The notes under the pieces: generated by a model
The model's input: only the letters and a program-made list of their open reading frames with translations
Told to the model about the DNA's origin: nothing
Database searches by the model: none
Made by a program: the position numbers and the translations under genes
Shown: positions 1 through 9,724 of the stretch, one piece after another
Layout of the letters: the number at the start of each line of letters is the position of its first letter
How positions within the stretch are numbered: the stretch's first letter is position 1
Source: Candidatus Campbellbacteria bacterium
Lineage (GTDB): Bacteria > Patescibacteriota > Minisyncoccia > Phycocordibacterales > JAXHMZ01
DNA length: 64,000 nucleotides
Direction: 5' to 3'
Assembly (NCBI GenBank): GCA_034521025.1
Contig: JAXHMZ010000005.1
Location: 197,176-261,175, forward strand

Positions 1-871
1 CGGCTTTACTTTGGAGGGATTGGGATTTCACGGAGAATCGCTGGAGCGCATTCATCATGCCACCAATCAGAGAACCGGAATGATCCTTACCACCGGTCCG
101 ACCGGGTCAGGAAAGACAACAACTCTATATACAGTTTTGGATATTTTAAATACGCCCGAGGTCAACATTTCCACAGTAGAAGATCCTATTGAATACCAAA
201 TGGATCGCATCAACCAAACACAAGTAAAGCCCGACATTGGATTTGATTTTAGCGTAGGACTTCGAACGCTTGTGCGCCAAGATCCGGATATAATTATGGT
301 GGGTGAGGTTCGCGACCAAGAGACAGCCAGCCTAGCAGTAAACGCCGCTTTAACGGGACACTTGGTTTTGTCTACTTTGCACACCAACTCGGCGGCTGGA
401 GCCATACCTCGTCTGATCGATATGAAAGTAGAACCGTTTCTGATCGTTTCAACCGTCAAAGTAATCATTGGTCAGCGTCTTGTACGTAAATTATGCAAAG
501 ATAAAGAGGAGTACAACCTAACTCCCGAAGAAATTGAAACGCTTAGAGAGTCGGTGGATCTAGATAAGGTTTTGAGCTTCCTAAAAGAAGAGCGCATTGT
601 ATCCGAAAGCTCTACTTGGGAAGATATTCCTTTCTATAGACCCAAAGAAACCGATGAATGTGAAGATGGTTTCAGTGGTCGAGTGGGCATTCACGAGGTC
701 CTCAAGGTCACAGAAACTATTCGCAATATGGTGATGAGTGGATCCAGTACCGAAGAGCTCGAAGAGCAAGCCAGAAAAGAGGGAATGATGACAATGATAG
801 AAGATGGCATTTTTAAGGCAGCGCAAGGCGAAACCTCTATTGAAGAAGTTCTGCGTGTTATTTCTGAGTAA
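1..871 (+). CDS. pilB: Type IV pilus assembly / type II secretion ATPase (PilB/GspE family), 5'-truncated; C-terminal ATPase part
   Basis: Frame 2 is open from position 2. Walker A 'TTGPTGSGKTTTL', then 'DPDIIMVGEVRD' and 'LVLSTLHTN', all typical of GspE/PilB secretion ATPases. The ORF track's 'M' at 11 is a TTG inside the reading frame. Confidence 0.85.
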   Translation, partial: GFTLEGLGFHGESLERIHHATNQRTGMILTTGPTGSGKTTTLYTVLDILNTPEVNISTVEDPIEYQMDRINQTQVKPDIGFDFSVGLRTLVRQDPDIIMVGEVRDQETASLAVNAALTGHLVLSTLHTNSAAGAIPRLIDMKVEPFLIVSTVKVIIGQRLVRKLCKDKEEYNLTPEEIETLRESVDLDKVLSFLKEERIVSESSTWEDIPFYRPKETDECEDGFSGRVGIHEVLKVTETIRNMVMSGSSTEELEEQARKEGMMTMIEDGIFKAAQGETSIEEVLRVISE

Positions 872-876
872 ATATT

Positions 877-2100
877 ATGAAATATAAATATGTAATAGAG
901 CGTCATGGTGAGAGAATCGAAGGTGTAGAAAACGCTGAAGATAAAGCGGATCTTTTTGACAAGGTGAAACAGCCCGGTGACACCCTTATTTCCATAGAGG
1001 AAACGGAAAGAAGTGGGCTGTCAAAGTTCAATATTTCTTTAGATCCTATTCTTCGAAAACTGAATCGAGTTAAAACGCAAGAAAAGATCCTTTTTGCTAA
1101 AAACATTAGCGCTATGATCGACTCGGGGCTACCTATATCGCGAGCCCTTTCTGTGGTCAGGCGACAAGCGCGCAACCCAAAGTTCAAAGAAGTGGTTGAA
1201 GATCTAGAAAATAGTATTTCCAAAGGCAAAACTTTTTATGATGCTCTCCAAGAACACCAGGGCGTATTCTCTGATCTGTTTATAGCTATGGTTCGCGCCG
1301 GGGAAGAGTCGGGGCAGTTAGCACAAGCGCTTTCGGTAGTTGGTGAGCAGATGGAGCGAACTCATACGCTCAAAAAGAAGGTAAAAGGAGCAATGATGTA
1401 TCCATCGGTTATTATTGCCGCCATGATAATAATCGCGATCTTGATGCTGATCTATGTCGTACCTTCCCTAACGGCGACCTTTGAAGACCTGGACACGGAA
1501 CTGCCCGCTTCCACCAAATTTATTATTTTCGTAAGTGATATGTTTAAAAACCACACCCTAGAGGTCTTTCTCGGTACTGTCGCGTTAATTGGTGGGTTTA
1601 TATTCAGCTTGCGTACGGAGCGTGGGAAAAAGGTATTCGATACAGTTACATTACACCTTCCTGTCGTTTCGGGCTTGGTCAAGGAGTCTAATTCAGCCGC
1701 TACAGCTCGTACTTTGTCATCTCTGCTTTCTTCGGGGGTGGAGGTAGTTGAGGCGTTAGATATCACGGAGGAAGTTATCCAGAATCATCATTACCGCAGT
1801 GTCTTAGCAGAAGCCAAAAAAGCCATTCAAAAAGGAAAACCACTGTCTGATGTGTTTACAGATAATGAAAAAATATATCCGATATATGTAGGCGAAATGA
1901 TCGCTGTCGGAGAAGAAACGGGAAAGCTTTCGGAAATGCTTTCAAACGTCGCTGACTTTTATGAAGAGGACGTACAGCAAAAGACCAAAGACCTATCTAC
2001 CATAGTTGAGCCGGTTTTGATGATAGTGGTTGGTGCGGCAGTTGGCTTTTTCGCGCTTTCAATGATCACTCCTATGTATTCTATAGCTAACAGTATTTAG
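877..2100 (+). CDS. pilC: Type IV pilus assembly platform protein PilC/GspF family
   Basis: 407 aa with duplicated T2SS-F-like regions and three hydrophobic segments, immediately downstream of pilB. Confidence 0.85.
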   Translation: MKYKYVIERHGERIEGVENAEDKADLFDKVKQPGDTLISIEETERSGLSKFNISLDPILRKLNRVKTQEKILFAKNISAMIDSGLPISRALSVVRRQARNPKFKEVVEDLENSISKGKTFYDALQEHQGVFSDLFIAMVRAGEESGQLAQALSVVGEQMERTHTLKKKVKGAMMYPSVIIAAMIIIAILMLIYVVPSLTATFEDLDTELPASTKFIIFVSDMFKNHTLEVFLGTVALIGGFIFSLRTERGKKVFDTVTLHLPVVSGLVKESNSAATARTLSSLLSSGVEVVEALDITEEVIQNHHYRSVLAEAKKAIQKGKPLSDVFTDNEKIYPIYVGEMIAVGEETGKLSEMLSNVADFYEEDVQQKTKDLSTIVEPVLMIVVGAAVGFFALSMITPMYSIANSI

Positions 2101-2103
2101 GGT

Positions 2104-2571
2104 ATGAAATATACATCCAAAGGTTTTACTTTAATAGAATTGCTGGTTGTAGTGGCCATAATAGCCATACTATCAACTATTTTACTTTCAAGTTTTGTTA
2201 ACTATAGATCTAGGCAAGCTTTGGAGCTGGCAACCAAAGAAGCCAGGCAGATATTTGAAACTGCTCGTTCTCAGACTCTTGCCTCTACCGGAGATAGCTC
2301 CTACGGAGTTTTTATAGATTCAGATAGCTTTGTGTTATTTGAAGGCGGTACTTATGACCCTACTGATCCAGATAACACTTCTTTTGATCTGGATAGCACT
2401 GTAGAAATTTCAGATGTTTCACTGAGTCCTGATACTGATACGGTAACTTTTGAGAGGGGAACGGGTGAGCCGAGTGCCTCGGGGGTAATTGAGCTTTCTC
2501 TCACCGGCGCGTCAAGTGCTAGCCGATCGATTACTATTTCACCAACTGGTATAATTAATTCAAATGAGTAA
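2104..2571 (+). CDS. Prepilin-type N-terminal cleavage/methylation domain protein (type IV pilin)
   Basis: N-terminus 'KGFTLIELLVVVAIIAIL' is the canonical G|FTLIE class-III signal plus hydrophobic helix. Confidence 0.75.
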   Translation: MKYTSKGFTLIELLVVVAIIAILSTILLSSFVNYRSRQALELATKEARQIFETARSQTLASTGDSSYGVFIDSDSFVLFEGGTYDPTDPDNTSFDLDSTVEISDVSLSPDTDTVTFERGTGEPSASGVIELSLTGASSASRSITISPTGIINSNE

Positions 2572-3055
2572 GCATTCTTTGCAAAAAGGAATAGGACTGA
2601 TTGAAGTATTAATTGCTACGACCATATTAACTTTAATAGTTTTTGCTTTTACCTCTTCTTTGTCTTTGTATTCCTCCGCTAGCGTTGATGCTACTAAGCG
2701 TACTCAGGCTACTTTTTTAGCGGAAGAGGGTTTAGAAGTAGTCAGAATGCTACGAGACGAAAGTTGGAGTAATAATATAGAACCCCAAAGTTCTGATACC
2801 GATTACGGGTTCTCCTTTGATACGTCTACGTCTGATTGGTCGATCACGAGCGGTCCTGAAACTTTCGGAGAATTTACGCGTACCCTGGTGTTTGGAGATG
2901 TCTACAGGGACAGTAATGACGATATAGTAACTGACGGTTCGGGAACGTTTGATCCGGATTCTCGTTTTGTAACGGTTGAAGTTACCTGGGATAGCAGGCG
3001 CGGAGAGCAGCGGGTGGTCCTTGAGTCTTTAGTCAATAATACCTTTGATAATTAA
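2564..3055 (+). CDS. Pseudopilin / minor pilin (prepilin-like N-terminus)
   Basis: N-terminus 'KGIGLIEVLIATTILTL' is prepilin-like. Its start overlaps the previous gene's stop. Confidence 0.65.
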   Translation: MSKHSLQKGIGLIEVLIATTILTLIVFAFTSSLSLYSSASVDATKRTQATFLAEEGLEVVRMLRDESWSNNIEPQSSDTDYGFSFDTSTSDWSITSGPETFGEFTRTLVFGDVYRDSNDDIVTDGSGTFDPDSRFVTVEVTWDSRRGEQRVVLESLVNNTFDN

Positions 3056-3564
3056 TGAAAAAACGACTGAACGCGGGAATAACAATAATGGAACTTTTGA
3101 TTTATATAGGGATAATGACCCTTGCGCTTGTTTCGATAGTCTCTCTTCTCATTAACGCTACGGACATTATTACCGCTGTTAAACAAGACAAAGAGATACG
3201 CTCTTCGGCTTTTACCGCTTTGGACAGAATTGGCAGGGAAGTAAAAGGCGCGACAGAGATAGTGAAAGCCGAGAGCAGCTTTGACTCAGACCCCGGGGTG
3301 CTGACAATAAATGCAGTGGACGAAAATGGCGATCAATATGAAGCAACTTTTGAGGTTAGTGGTGATGATCTTAATATATCTTACGACGATACTGTGTTGG
3401 GAAGTCTGATATCAGAGGACGTAACCGTTGAAAGTCTAACTTTCTATCTTTCAGAAACCGCGACTTCACGTTCTGTTCGTACAGAGTTAACTCTTTCGCA
3501 CTTAGACGACCCTTCAAAACAAAAAACGTTTTATTTAACGACTGTCCCTCGTGGAATGTATTAA
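3055..3564 (+). CDS. Pseudopilin / minor pilin (prepilin-like N-terminus)
   Basis: N-terminus 'AGITIMELLIYIGIMTLAL'. Start overlaps the previous stop (TAATG). Confidence 0.6.
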   Translation: MKKRLNAGITIMELLIYIGIMTLALVSIVSLLINATDIITAVKQDKEIRSSAFTALDRIGREVKGATEIVKAESSFDSDPGVLTINAVDENGDQYEATFEVSGDDLNISYDDTVLGSLISEDVTVESLTFYLSETATSRSVRTELTLSHLDDPSKQKTFYLTTVPRGMY

Positions 3565-3573
3565 TTTTGACCT

Positions 3574-4365
3574 ATGAAAATTTTTGAGAAAAAAATTCAA
3601 GACAAGTCTATTTTGAATAAAAGAAAGCCACAGGAAAGCGGTTTTGTGATGTTAACGGTTGTTGTAATATTCCTCTTTATTTCTCTGGGAGCGGCTTTGT
3701 CTATAGCGGCTGTGGTTTATCGGCAACATCAAATTGTCAATAACGGGGTACGTTCAGCCCAGAGTTTGTATGCCTCGGAGTCACTTCAAGATGATATATT
3801 TTATCGTTTTACAACCGGAAAAGATGTTTCTCCAAACGAGACGCTAGAATTAAACGGCGCGGTAGCTAACGCTACAATTGAAGATATTTCTGACGGAAAA
3901 CGCTCTACTAGCATTGGCGACGCGGAGAACCGAATAAGAAAGACGGAAATGGTTGTAAATGAAGGTAGTGGCGCCTCGTTTTTTTATGGAGTTCAATCGG
4001 GAAGGGGCGGTTTTACTTTGCAAAACAACGCCGAAGTTATCGGCAATATATACTCTAACGGTACAGTTGAAGGCGCGGGGAATAATGTAGAGGGAGACGT
4101 TGTCTCCGCGACAGATTCAGGGCTTATAAGTGGTATAACCACTAACTATTCTGCCTATGCGCATAGGATAGAGGATTCTGATATAGGACAAGACGCATAT
4201 TACCAAAGTATCTTCAATACCAGCGTGGGAGGCAATGAATATCCGGGCAGTGATGATCTTCCGGAAATTGACTTGCCGATTTCTGATGAGCAAATTGAGG
4301 ATTGGGAGGAAGGAGCCGAAAGCGGCGGGGTTATTTCCTCGCCATGTCCCTTATCAAGTAGGTGA
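3574..4365 (+). CDS. Large pilin-like protein, N-terminal part (probably continues in the +1 frame into 4235..4891)
   Basis: Hydrophobic N-terminal segment after 'QESGFVMLTVVV'. Contains a 'LQNNAE' motif that recurs in the downstream overlapping ORF. Ends just after a GGCGGGG run. Confidence 0.5.
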   Translation: MKIFEKKIQDKSILNKRKPQESGFVMLTVVVIFLFISLGAALSIAAVVYRQHQIVNNGVRSAQSLYASESLQDDIFYRFTTGKDVSPNETLELNGAVANATIEDISDGKRSTSIGDAENRIRKTEMVVNEGSGASFFYGVQSGRGGFTLQNNAEVIGNIYSNGTVEGAGNNVEGDVVSATDSGLISGITTNYSAYAHRIEDSDIGQDAYYQSIFNTSVGGNEYPGSDDLPEIDLPISDEQIEDWEEGAESGGVISSPCPLSSR

Positions 4366-4891
4366 TTCAGAGGTTTTAGGTCCCGTGAAGATAACTTGCG
4401 ATGTCGAGGTAAGCGGAAATGATGTGTGGTTAGAAGGTCCGGTATGGGTAGAAGGAAACATCGAATTTACCGGTAATTCTGCTATCAATATCGATCCGTC
4501 GCTCGGAGAGAAGAGCGTAGCTATCATAGCCGACAAACAGAGCGACAGAGAATCTTCGAGCAGGATCCAAATTAGCAACAACCTAGAGTTCAATGGATCT
4601 GGTGAAGATAGTTCTTATATCCTTTTGATCTCGCAAAACAATAGTGCCGAAAACGGAGGCGGCACTGACGCTATAAAACTTCAAAACAACGCCGAAGGTG
4701 ATCTTCTTTTGTACGCGGGGCATGGTTCAATTACAATTGATAACAACACCGATCTCACCGAAGTCACTGCTTATCGTATACACATCCAAAACAATGCTAC
4801 GGTCAGATACGAATCTGGATTGGCAGACTTGGTTTTTTCTACGGGTCCTTCCGGTGGTTATTCTTTAAAGTCACTCGAGGAAATACAGTAA
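4235..4891 (+). CDS. C-terminal part of the same pilin-like protein in the +1 frame (frameshift, sequencing error or pseudogene); real coding content probably begins near 4343
   Basis: The first ~35 aa in this frame look non-protein-like. From ~4343 the sequence is protein-like, with 'IKLQNNAEGD' and 'IHIQNNATV' repeats matching the upstream ORF. Confidence 0.4.
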   Translation: MNIRAVMIFRKLTCRFLMSKLRIGRKEPKAAGLFPRHVPYQVGDSEVLGPVKITCDVEVSGNDVWLEGPVWVEGNIEFTGNSAINIDPSLGEKSVAIIADKQSDRESSSRIQISNNLEFNGSGEDSSYILLISQNNSAENGGGTDAIKLQNNAEGDLLLYAGHGSITIDNNTDLTEVTAYRIHIQNNATVRYESGLADLVFSTGPSGGYSLKSLEEIQ

Positions 4892-4930
4892 AGACAGCTC
4901 CCAAAAAACACATTTCTCGTGGTAAACTAA

Positions 4931-5815
4931 TTGCATATGCCCAAAAACAACGTCTATTCCTCTCAAAAGAAAAAGAAAACGAAATCAGTAGAAGTTAAGA
5001 AAAAACAAACTAAACCAAGCGTCTCCGGGGTGGAGACAAAGAAAAAAGATATGCTAGTAGCGGCAAACTGGAAGATGAATCCGGGCGAAATCGCTCTAGC
5101 CAAGAAGCTTTTCCTCGGAGTAAAGGAGGGAATGCGCAAGATCAAAAAGACCGAGGTGGTGGTATGTCCGCCTTTTGTCTATTTGGATACTTTGCTAGAT
5201 CTCTATACGGGGAAAAAGATAGGATTTGGAGCGCAAACTTGCTTTTCGGAGAAAGAAGGATCTTACACCGGAGAAGTCAGCGCCGGAATGATACAAAGCT
5301 TGGGAGCAAGATATGTCATATTAGGACACTCGGAACGTCGGGCTATGGGGGAAACGGATAAGGATGTGCGAGAGAGAGTTCAGCGGGTGCTCGAAGTTGG
5401 TCTTACTCCGATAGTTTGCATAGGTGAGCATGAACGCGACAATGACGGAAAGTATCTTGAGGTTATAAAGGATCAACTACAAGAGCTTTTTTATGGAATG
5501 TCTCGTGATTGGATGAAAAATGTCATCATCGCCTATGAGCCTATTTGGGCTATTGGCAAAAGTAGTAACGAGTCGGTAACTCCGCACGCCCTACACGAAA
5601 CAGCTATATATATTCGCAAGGTACTAGCAGGTCTGTTTGATAAAAAATCAGCAATAAGCCAGACAATTCTTTATGGTGGATCGGTAGAACCTAACAACGC
5701 CTCAGAGTTAATAGACGGAACGCAGGTGAACGGATTTCTCGTCGGCCACGCTTCGCTTGAATCTCAAGACTTTTTACAAATTGTGGAGGAAGTTGAAAAA
5801 TATGCACAACGATAA
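4931..5815 (+). CDS. tpiA: Triosephosphate isomerase (alternative start at ATG 5050 would remove a Lys-rich 40-aa extension)
   Basis: 'AANWKMN', 'ILGHSERR', 'CIGE', 'IAYEPIWAIG' and 'YGGSV' motifs. The conserved core begins at 'MLVAANWKMN' (5050). Confidence 0.85.
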   Translation: MHMPKNNVYSSQKKKKTKSVEVKKKQTKPSVSGVETKKKDMLVAANWKMNPGEIALAKKLFLGVKEGMRKIKKTEVVVCPPFVYLDTLLDLYTGKKIGFGAQTCFSEKEGSYTGEVSAGMIQSLGARYVILGHSERRAMGETDKDVRERVQRVLEVGLTPIVCIGEHERDNDGKYLEVIKDQLQELFYGMSRDWMKNVIIAYEPIWAIGKSSNESVTPHALHETAIYIRKVLAGLFDKKSAISQTILYGGSVEPNNASELIDGTQVNGFLVGHASLESQDFLQIVEEVEKYAQR

Positions 5816-6926
5816 CGATTTGCCATTACTCAGAAATGCGGATATATCTAGTGGACAAAAAGTTCTAGTCAGGGTTGATTTTAATGTTCCGGTTGATAAG
5901 GACGAAGTTAGAAGCGACTTTAGGATCAAACGTTCTCTAGAGACCATTGATTTTTTGCGTGAGAAAGGTGCCAAGGTAATTTTAATGAGCCATATCACTG
6001 ACGTTGATACTTTAGAGCCGGTATCGCACTATTTAAAGGACTTTATTCCCCATATATTTATAGAGGATCTTTATGACGAAAAAGACAGGTCGGCCTTAGA
6101 CGGGCTTGAGAACGGAGAAGTAGCTCTACTGGAAAATCTGCGCAGAAACTCCGGCGAAAAAGAAAACAATGAAGATTTTTCTCGCGATCTTGCAGATCTA
6201 GCAGATGTATATGTAAACGACGCTTTCGCGGTGTCGCACCGAGAGCATGCCTCGGTTGTAGGAGTACCCAAGCTTATGAAAGGTTGCGCGGGGTTCCTCA
6301 TTGAAGAAGAAGTAAAGGAGCTTTCGCGAGCGATTGACCCAAAGCACCCTTTTTTGTTCATTTTGGGAGGAGCTAAGTTCGAAACAAAAATGCCTCTTAT
6401 AGAGCGCTTTCTTGATATAGCGGACACTCTTTTAGTCGGAGGAGCTCTAGCAAATGATCTATATAAAGCCGAAGGCCTCGGTATTGGCCAGTCTCTTACC
6501 TCAAAGGCCGTTGATCTTGAAAAGGTATTCACTGATCCTAAGGTTCTCACTCCAAAAGAGGTGATCGTAGAGCGTGACGGAGAAGCTCACAAGATAAATG
6601 TTCAAGACGTGCGCGAAGAAGATATCATATCCGACGTGTCGGCGGAGTGGATTCGTACTCTGGAGGAAAAAATGGCCGACTCTGAAACCATTCTCTGGAA
6701 TGGTCCTTTTGGCAACTATGAAGCGGGTTACTCCGAAGGTTCGGAAATGATCGCCAAGCTCATTGCCGAATCCAATGCGCATTCCATTGTTGGGGGAGGA
6801 GACACTCTTGCTATAATCGGCAATCTCGGGATCAGCGATAAGCTCGGATTTATCTCCACCGGCGGCGGTGCTATGCTTGACTTCCTAGCCAACGGCACGT
6901 TGCCAGGGATCGAGGTGTTGAAATGA
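5802..6926 (+). CDS. pgk: Phosphoglycerate kinase
   Basis: 'VLVRVDFNVP' N-terminal motif and C-terminal 'GGGD...ISTGGGA' typical of PGK. GGAGG sits 12 nt upstream of ATG 5802. The longer 5757 start would overlap tpiA by 59 nt. Confidence 0.9.
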   Translation: MHNDNDLPLLRNADISSGQKVLVRVDFNVPVDKDEVRSDFRIKRSLETIDFLREKGAKVILMSHITDVDTLEPVSHYLKDFIPHIFIEDLYDEKDRSALDGLENGEVALLENLRRNSGEKENNEDFSRDLADLADVYVNDAFAVSHREHASVVGVPKLMKGCAGFLIEEEVKELSRAIDPKHPFLFILGGAKFETKMPLIERFLDIADTLLVGGALANDLYKAEGLGIGQSLTSKAVDLEKVFTDPKVLTPKEVIVERDGEAHKINVQDVREEDIISDVSAEWIRTLEEKMADSETILWNGPFGNYEAGYSEGSEMIAKLIAESNAHSIVGGGDTLAIIGNLGISDKLGFISTGGGAMLDFLANGTLPGIEVLK

Positions 6927-6955
6927 TATCCGAGGATCTTATCCTGTCGCGAGCT

Positions 6956-7363
6956 CTACAATTTGGAAGATATTTTTTCTCTAAATTCCTCTGCCTCTCC
7001 TTCCGCATATTCTTTTTTAGGCCAGTGCGATAGACCGTCGTTTGTATATCTCGGTATTACGTGTACGTGGTAGTGAAAAACTTCTTGTCCGGCCGCGGGG
7101 CCATTGTTGTTTGAGATATTTGTTCCCTCGGAATCCAGGGCTTCTTTCTGTGCTAGAGCTATTTTCTTTGCTGTTCTGTATACGTGCGAATACGTATCAA
7201 ACTCGGCATCGAAAATATTTACTACGTGTTCTTTGGGAACCACCAGTGTATGCCCTTTGTTCACGGGTTTTATATCAAGAAAAGCGAGCGTATGTTCATC
7301 CTCATAAACTATATCTGCCGGAAATTCTTTTTTAACTATTTTGCAAAAAATACAATCATTCAT
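6956..7363 (-). CDS. HIT-family (histidine triad) nucleotide hydrolase
   Basis: 'HYHVHVIP' histidine-triad motif; 135 aa. Confidence 0.85.
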   Translation of the reverse strand: MNDCIFCKIVKKEFPADIVYEDEHTLAFLDIKPVNKGHTLVVPKEHVVNIFDAEFDTYSHVYRTAKKIALAQKEALDSEGTNISNNNGPAAGQEVFHYHVHVIPRYTNDGLSHWPKKEYAEGEAEEFREKISSKL

Positions 7364-7406
7364 ACATAAAGTATACCAAATACAACATTTTAATACTAAA
7401 AAACGA

Positions 7407-7445
7407 AAATAAATGCTTCAATCTATAGATTGAAGCATTTATTTT
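7407..7445. repeat. 39-bp perfect palindrome 'aaataaatgcttcaatctatagattgaagcatttatttt' (copy 1 of 2)
   Basis: Identical to 42693..42731. Lies in the divergent region between the HIT gene and recJ. Confidence 0.8.
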
Positions 7446-7499
7446 GGCTTATTTAAGCCCTTTTTCAAGCTAAGCATTAAGGCGTTCGGTCGTGCTACA

Positions 7500-9236
7500 A
7501 TGGCTCCTATGGGTAAGTCTATTATATTTGAGGAGAAGTCTAAAAAAGTTCCGAAGGGGGTATTGAAAGGCTATTCAGCGGTAGCTAGAACGCTTCTTTA
7601 CAATCGTGGCTTCACCGACGAAAGAGAAGTCGAAGATCTTTTAAAAGGAAACTACGAAGAAGGAACGCACGATCCTTATCTTATGCTGGGAATGGATGTT
7701 GCGGTTGAAAGAATAGTGAAAGCCCTAAAGAACGATGAAAAGATCGCTATCTTTTCTGACTATGACGCTGACGGGGTGCCGGGAGCCGTAGTTCTGCGGG
7801 AGTTTTTAGAGAAGATCGGTTTTAGCAATATAGAGTCTTATATTCCGCATCGTGGCATTGAAGGTTTCGGACTGAATAATACGGCTATCGCTGAATTAAA
7901 GGACAAGGGGGTGACACTTTTGATCACGGTTGATTGTGGCATTGCTGATATTGAGGAGGTCTCATACGCTCAAAGCGAAGGAATAGACGTCATTATAAGT
8001 GATCACCACATCTCTCCCGAGGAACCGCCGCCTGCTATTGCGATACTTAACCCCAAGCAACCGTCTTGCAAATATCCGTTTGATGAACTTTGCGGAGCAG
8101 GTGTGGTGTATAAATTAGTTCAAGCTCTGATAGCTCACGAAGAAGTTTCGTTTTCGATTGGGCAGGAAAAATGGTTGCTTGATCTGGTCGGTATAGCAAC
8201 TCTTGCCGATATGGTTCCGTTGGTGGACGAGAACAGAATATTCGCTCGCTATGGCCTTCTGGTGCTAAATAAGGGACGTCGTCTGGGTCTGCGAGAGTTG
8301 CTTTCACAAGCCAAGGTGGACTATCGGACTATCTCAGAGGATGATGTTTCGTTTACCATCGCGCCGAGAATAAACGCCGCCAGTCGAATGTCGCATCCTG
8401 ATATTGCCTTCGGTCTCCTGTTTGCCAAGACTCGCAAAGAAGCGATGGAACAAGCGGCAAAGCTCGAAGAGATAAACAAAGAGCGCAAAACTTTGGTTGC
8501 TCGTATAGCAAAGGAGGTCAAAAAGAAATTTGCTGATCGCAAGCCCGGACCGGTATTGGTAACCGGCAATCCGCGCTGGAAACCGGGCATACTCGGACTT
8601 ATTGCCAACTCGCTCTCTGACAGTTTCGAGCGGCCGGCTTTTGTTTGGGGCAGAGAAGGAGAATCGGGAAGTATAAAGGGTTCGGTTCGCTCAGACGGAA
8701 TTATGAATGTGGTTGAAATTATGAAGTCTTTGCCCGAAGAGACCTTCATAAACTATGGCGGACACGCTTTTTCCGGAGGATTTTCAATAGAGCTTGAAAA
8801 GGTACATTCTCTAGAGGGTCTTTTAAATGATGCGGCACGCACCACAAAAGAAACGGACGAAGAGGAGCTGTCGTCCGCCAAACGATATTTTGATATGAGC
8901 GTCAAATCGGAAGAAATAGAATCTGGTCTTTTTGAGGAAGTTCTTTCCTTGTCACCGTTTGGAGTAGGATTTGAAAAACCGATATTTAAGATAGAAGACG
9001 TAGAAGTTGTTTCGGTCAAAGAGTTTGGTAAAGATAAGAATCATCTAGGGATCGATTTCAAAGGAAAAAACGGCAAAGTTTTCAACGCGATAGGATTTTT
9101 TATGACAAAAGACAGCTTTTCTTTAGATATTGAGCCTGGCAAAACAATAACTATTTATGGTGCATTAGAAAAGAGTTTCTTTAGGGGTAGAGCAGAATAT
9201 CGTGTCCGGATCGAACACCTAGAAGAGCATATTTAA
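7500..9236 (+). CDS. recJ: Single-stranded-DNA-specific exonuclease RecJ
   Basis: DHH motifs ('IAIFSDYDADG', 'DHH') and a DHHA1-like C-terminal region; 578 aa. Confidence 0.85.
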   Translation: MAPMGKSIIFEEKSKKVPKGVLKGYSAVARTLLYNRGFTDEREVEDLLKGNYEEGTHDPYLMLGMDVAVERIVKALKNDEKIAIFSDYDADGVPGAVVLREFLEKIGFSNIESYIPHRGIEGFGLNNTAIAELKDKGVTLLITVDCGIADIEEVSYAQSEGIDVIISDHHISPEEPPPAIAILNPKQPSCKYPFDELCGAGVVYKLVQALIAHEEVSFSIGQEKWLLDLVGIATLADMVPLVDENRIFARYGLLVLNKGRRLGLRELLSQAKVDYRTISEDDVSFTIAPRINAASRMSHPDIAFGLLFAKTRKEAMEQAAKLEEINKERKTLVARIAKEVKKKFADRKPGPVLVTGNPRWKPGILGLIANSLSDSFERPAFVWGREGESGSIKGSVRSDGIMNVVEIMKSLPEETFINYGGHAFSGGFSIELEKVHSLEGLLNDAARTTKETDEEELSSAKRYFDMSVKSEEIESGLFEEVLSLSPFGVGFEKPIFKIEDVEVVSVKEFGKDKNHLGIDFKGKNGKVFNAIGFFMTKDSFSLDIEPGKTITIYGALEKSFFRGRAEYRVRIEHLEEHI

Positions 9237-9617
9237 AAGAATTACCCCGAGAAATAGTCCCGGGGCAATTGAAGCTTGGGTTCTTGGCGCCGTAGGGCGC
9301 TTCACCTCCCTACGGCGTTTCCCTTTTGGGGTATCACCGACCTTCCACAGCCTGGTTTCGGGGTGATATTTCGGTTTGAAGATGCGGACGTCGTGGCTCC
9401 GCACAAACCTTCCGTTCCCAGTTTTGACGGTTTCAATAAATGATCCGTCCTCTGCGTAGGTCATATATTTGGGATCATTTCCGATTCCGCCACTTGGGTG
9501 CAGTACGATATCACCCGGCTCCAGAAACTTAGCACATGTCCAGATTAGTACCTCTTCTCCAAACGAATGTTGGGTTTGCTCTTCTCGAGTCATCGGACTT
9601 GCTAGTCTTGGATCCAT
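9219..9617 (-). CDS. Hypothetical protein
   Basis: GAGGAG sits 8 nt upstream of the ATG at 9617. No recognisable family. The C-terminal ~35 codons overlap the recJ terminator hairpins. Confidence 0.4.
   Translation of the reverse strand: MDPRLASPMTREEQTQHSFGEEVLIWTCAKFLEPGDIVLHPSGGIGNDPKYMTYAEDGSFIETVKTGNGRFVRSHDVRIFKPKYHPETRLWKVGDTPKGKRRREVKRPTAPRTQASIAPGLFLGVILLNMLF
9287..9327 (+). terminator. Intrinsic terminator after recJ
   Basis: Stem gcgccgtaggg / ccctacggcg with a 10-nt loop, followed by 'tttcccttttgggg'. A second weaker hairpin precedes it at 9246..9266. Confidence 0.6.
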
Positions 9618-9724
9618 TTAAAGATCTCCTCTCGGTCTTTATAAAAACATTTTTTGTGAATATGTCAAATATTATCTAGCGATAAAAGGACCCAACCTAT
9701 GATAAGGTCGGGCCCGAATGTTTC

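Noticed and set aside
6071-6550. 159-aa minus-strand ORF inside pgk
   Set aside because: Antisense to pgk. No signals.
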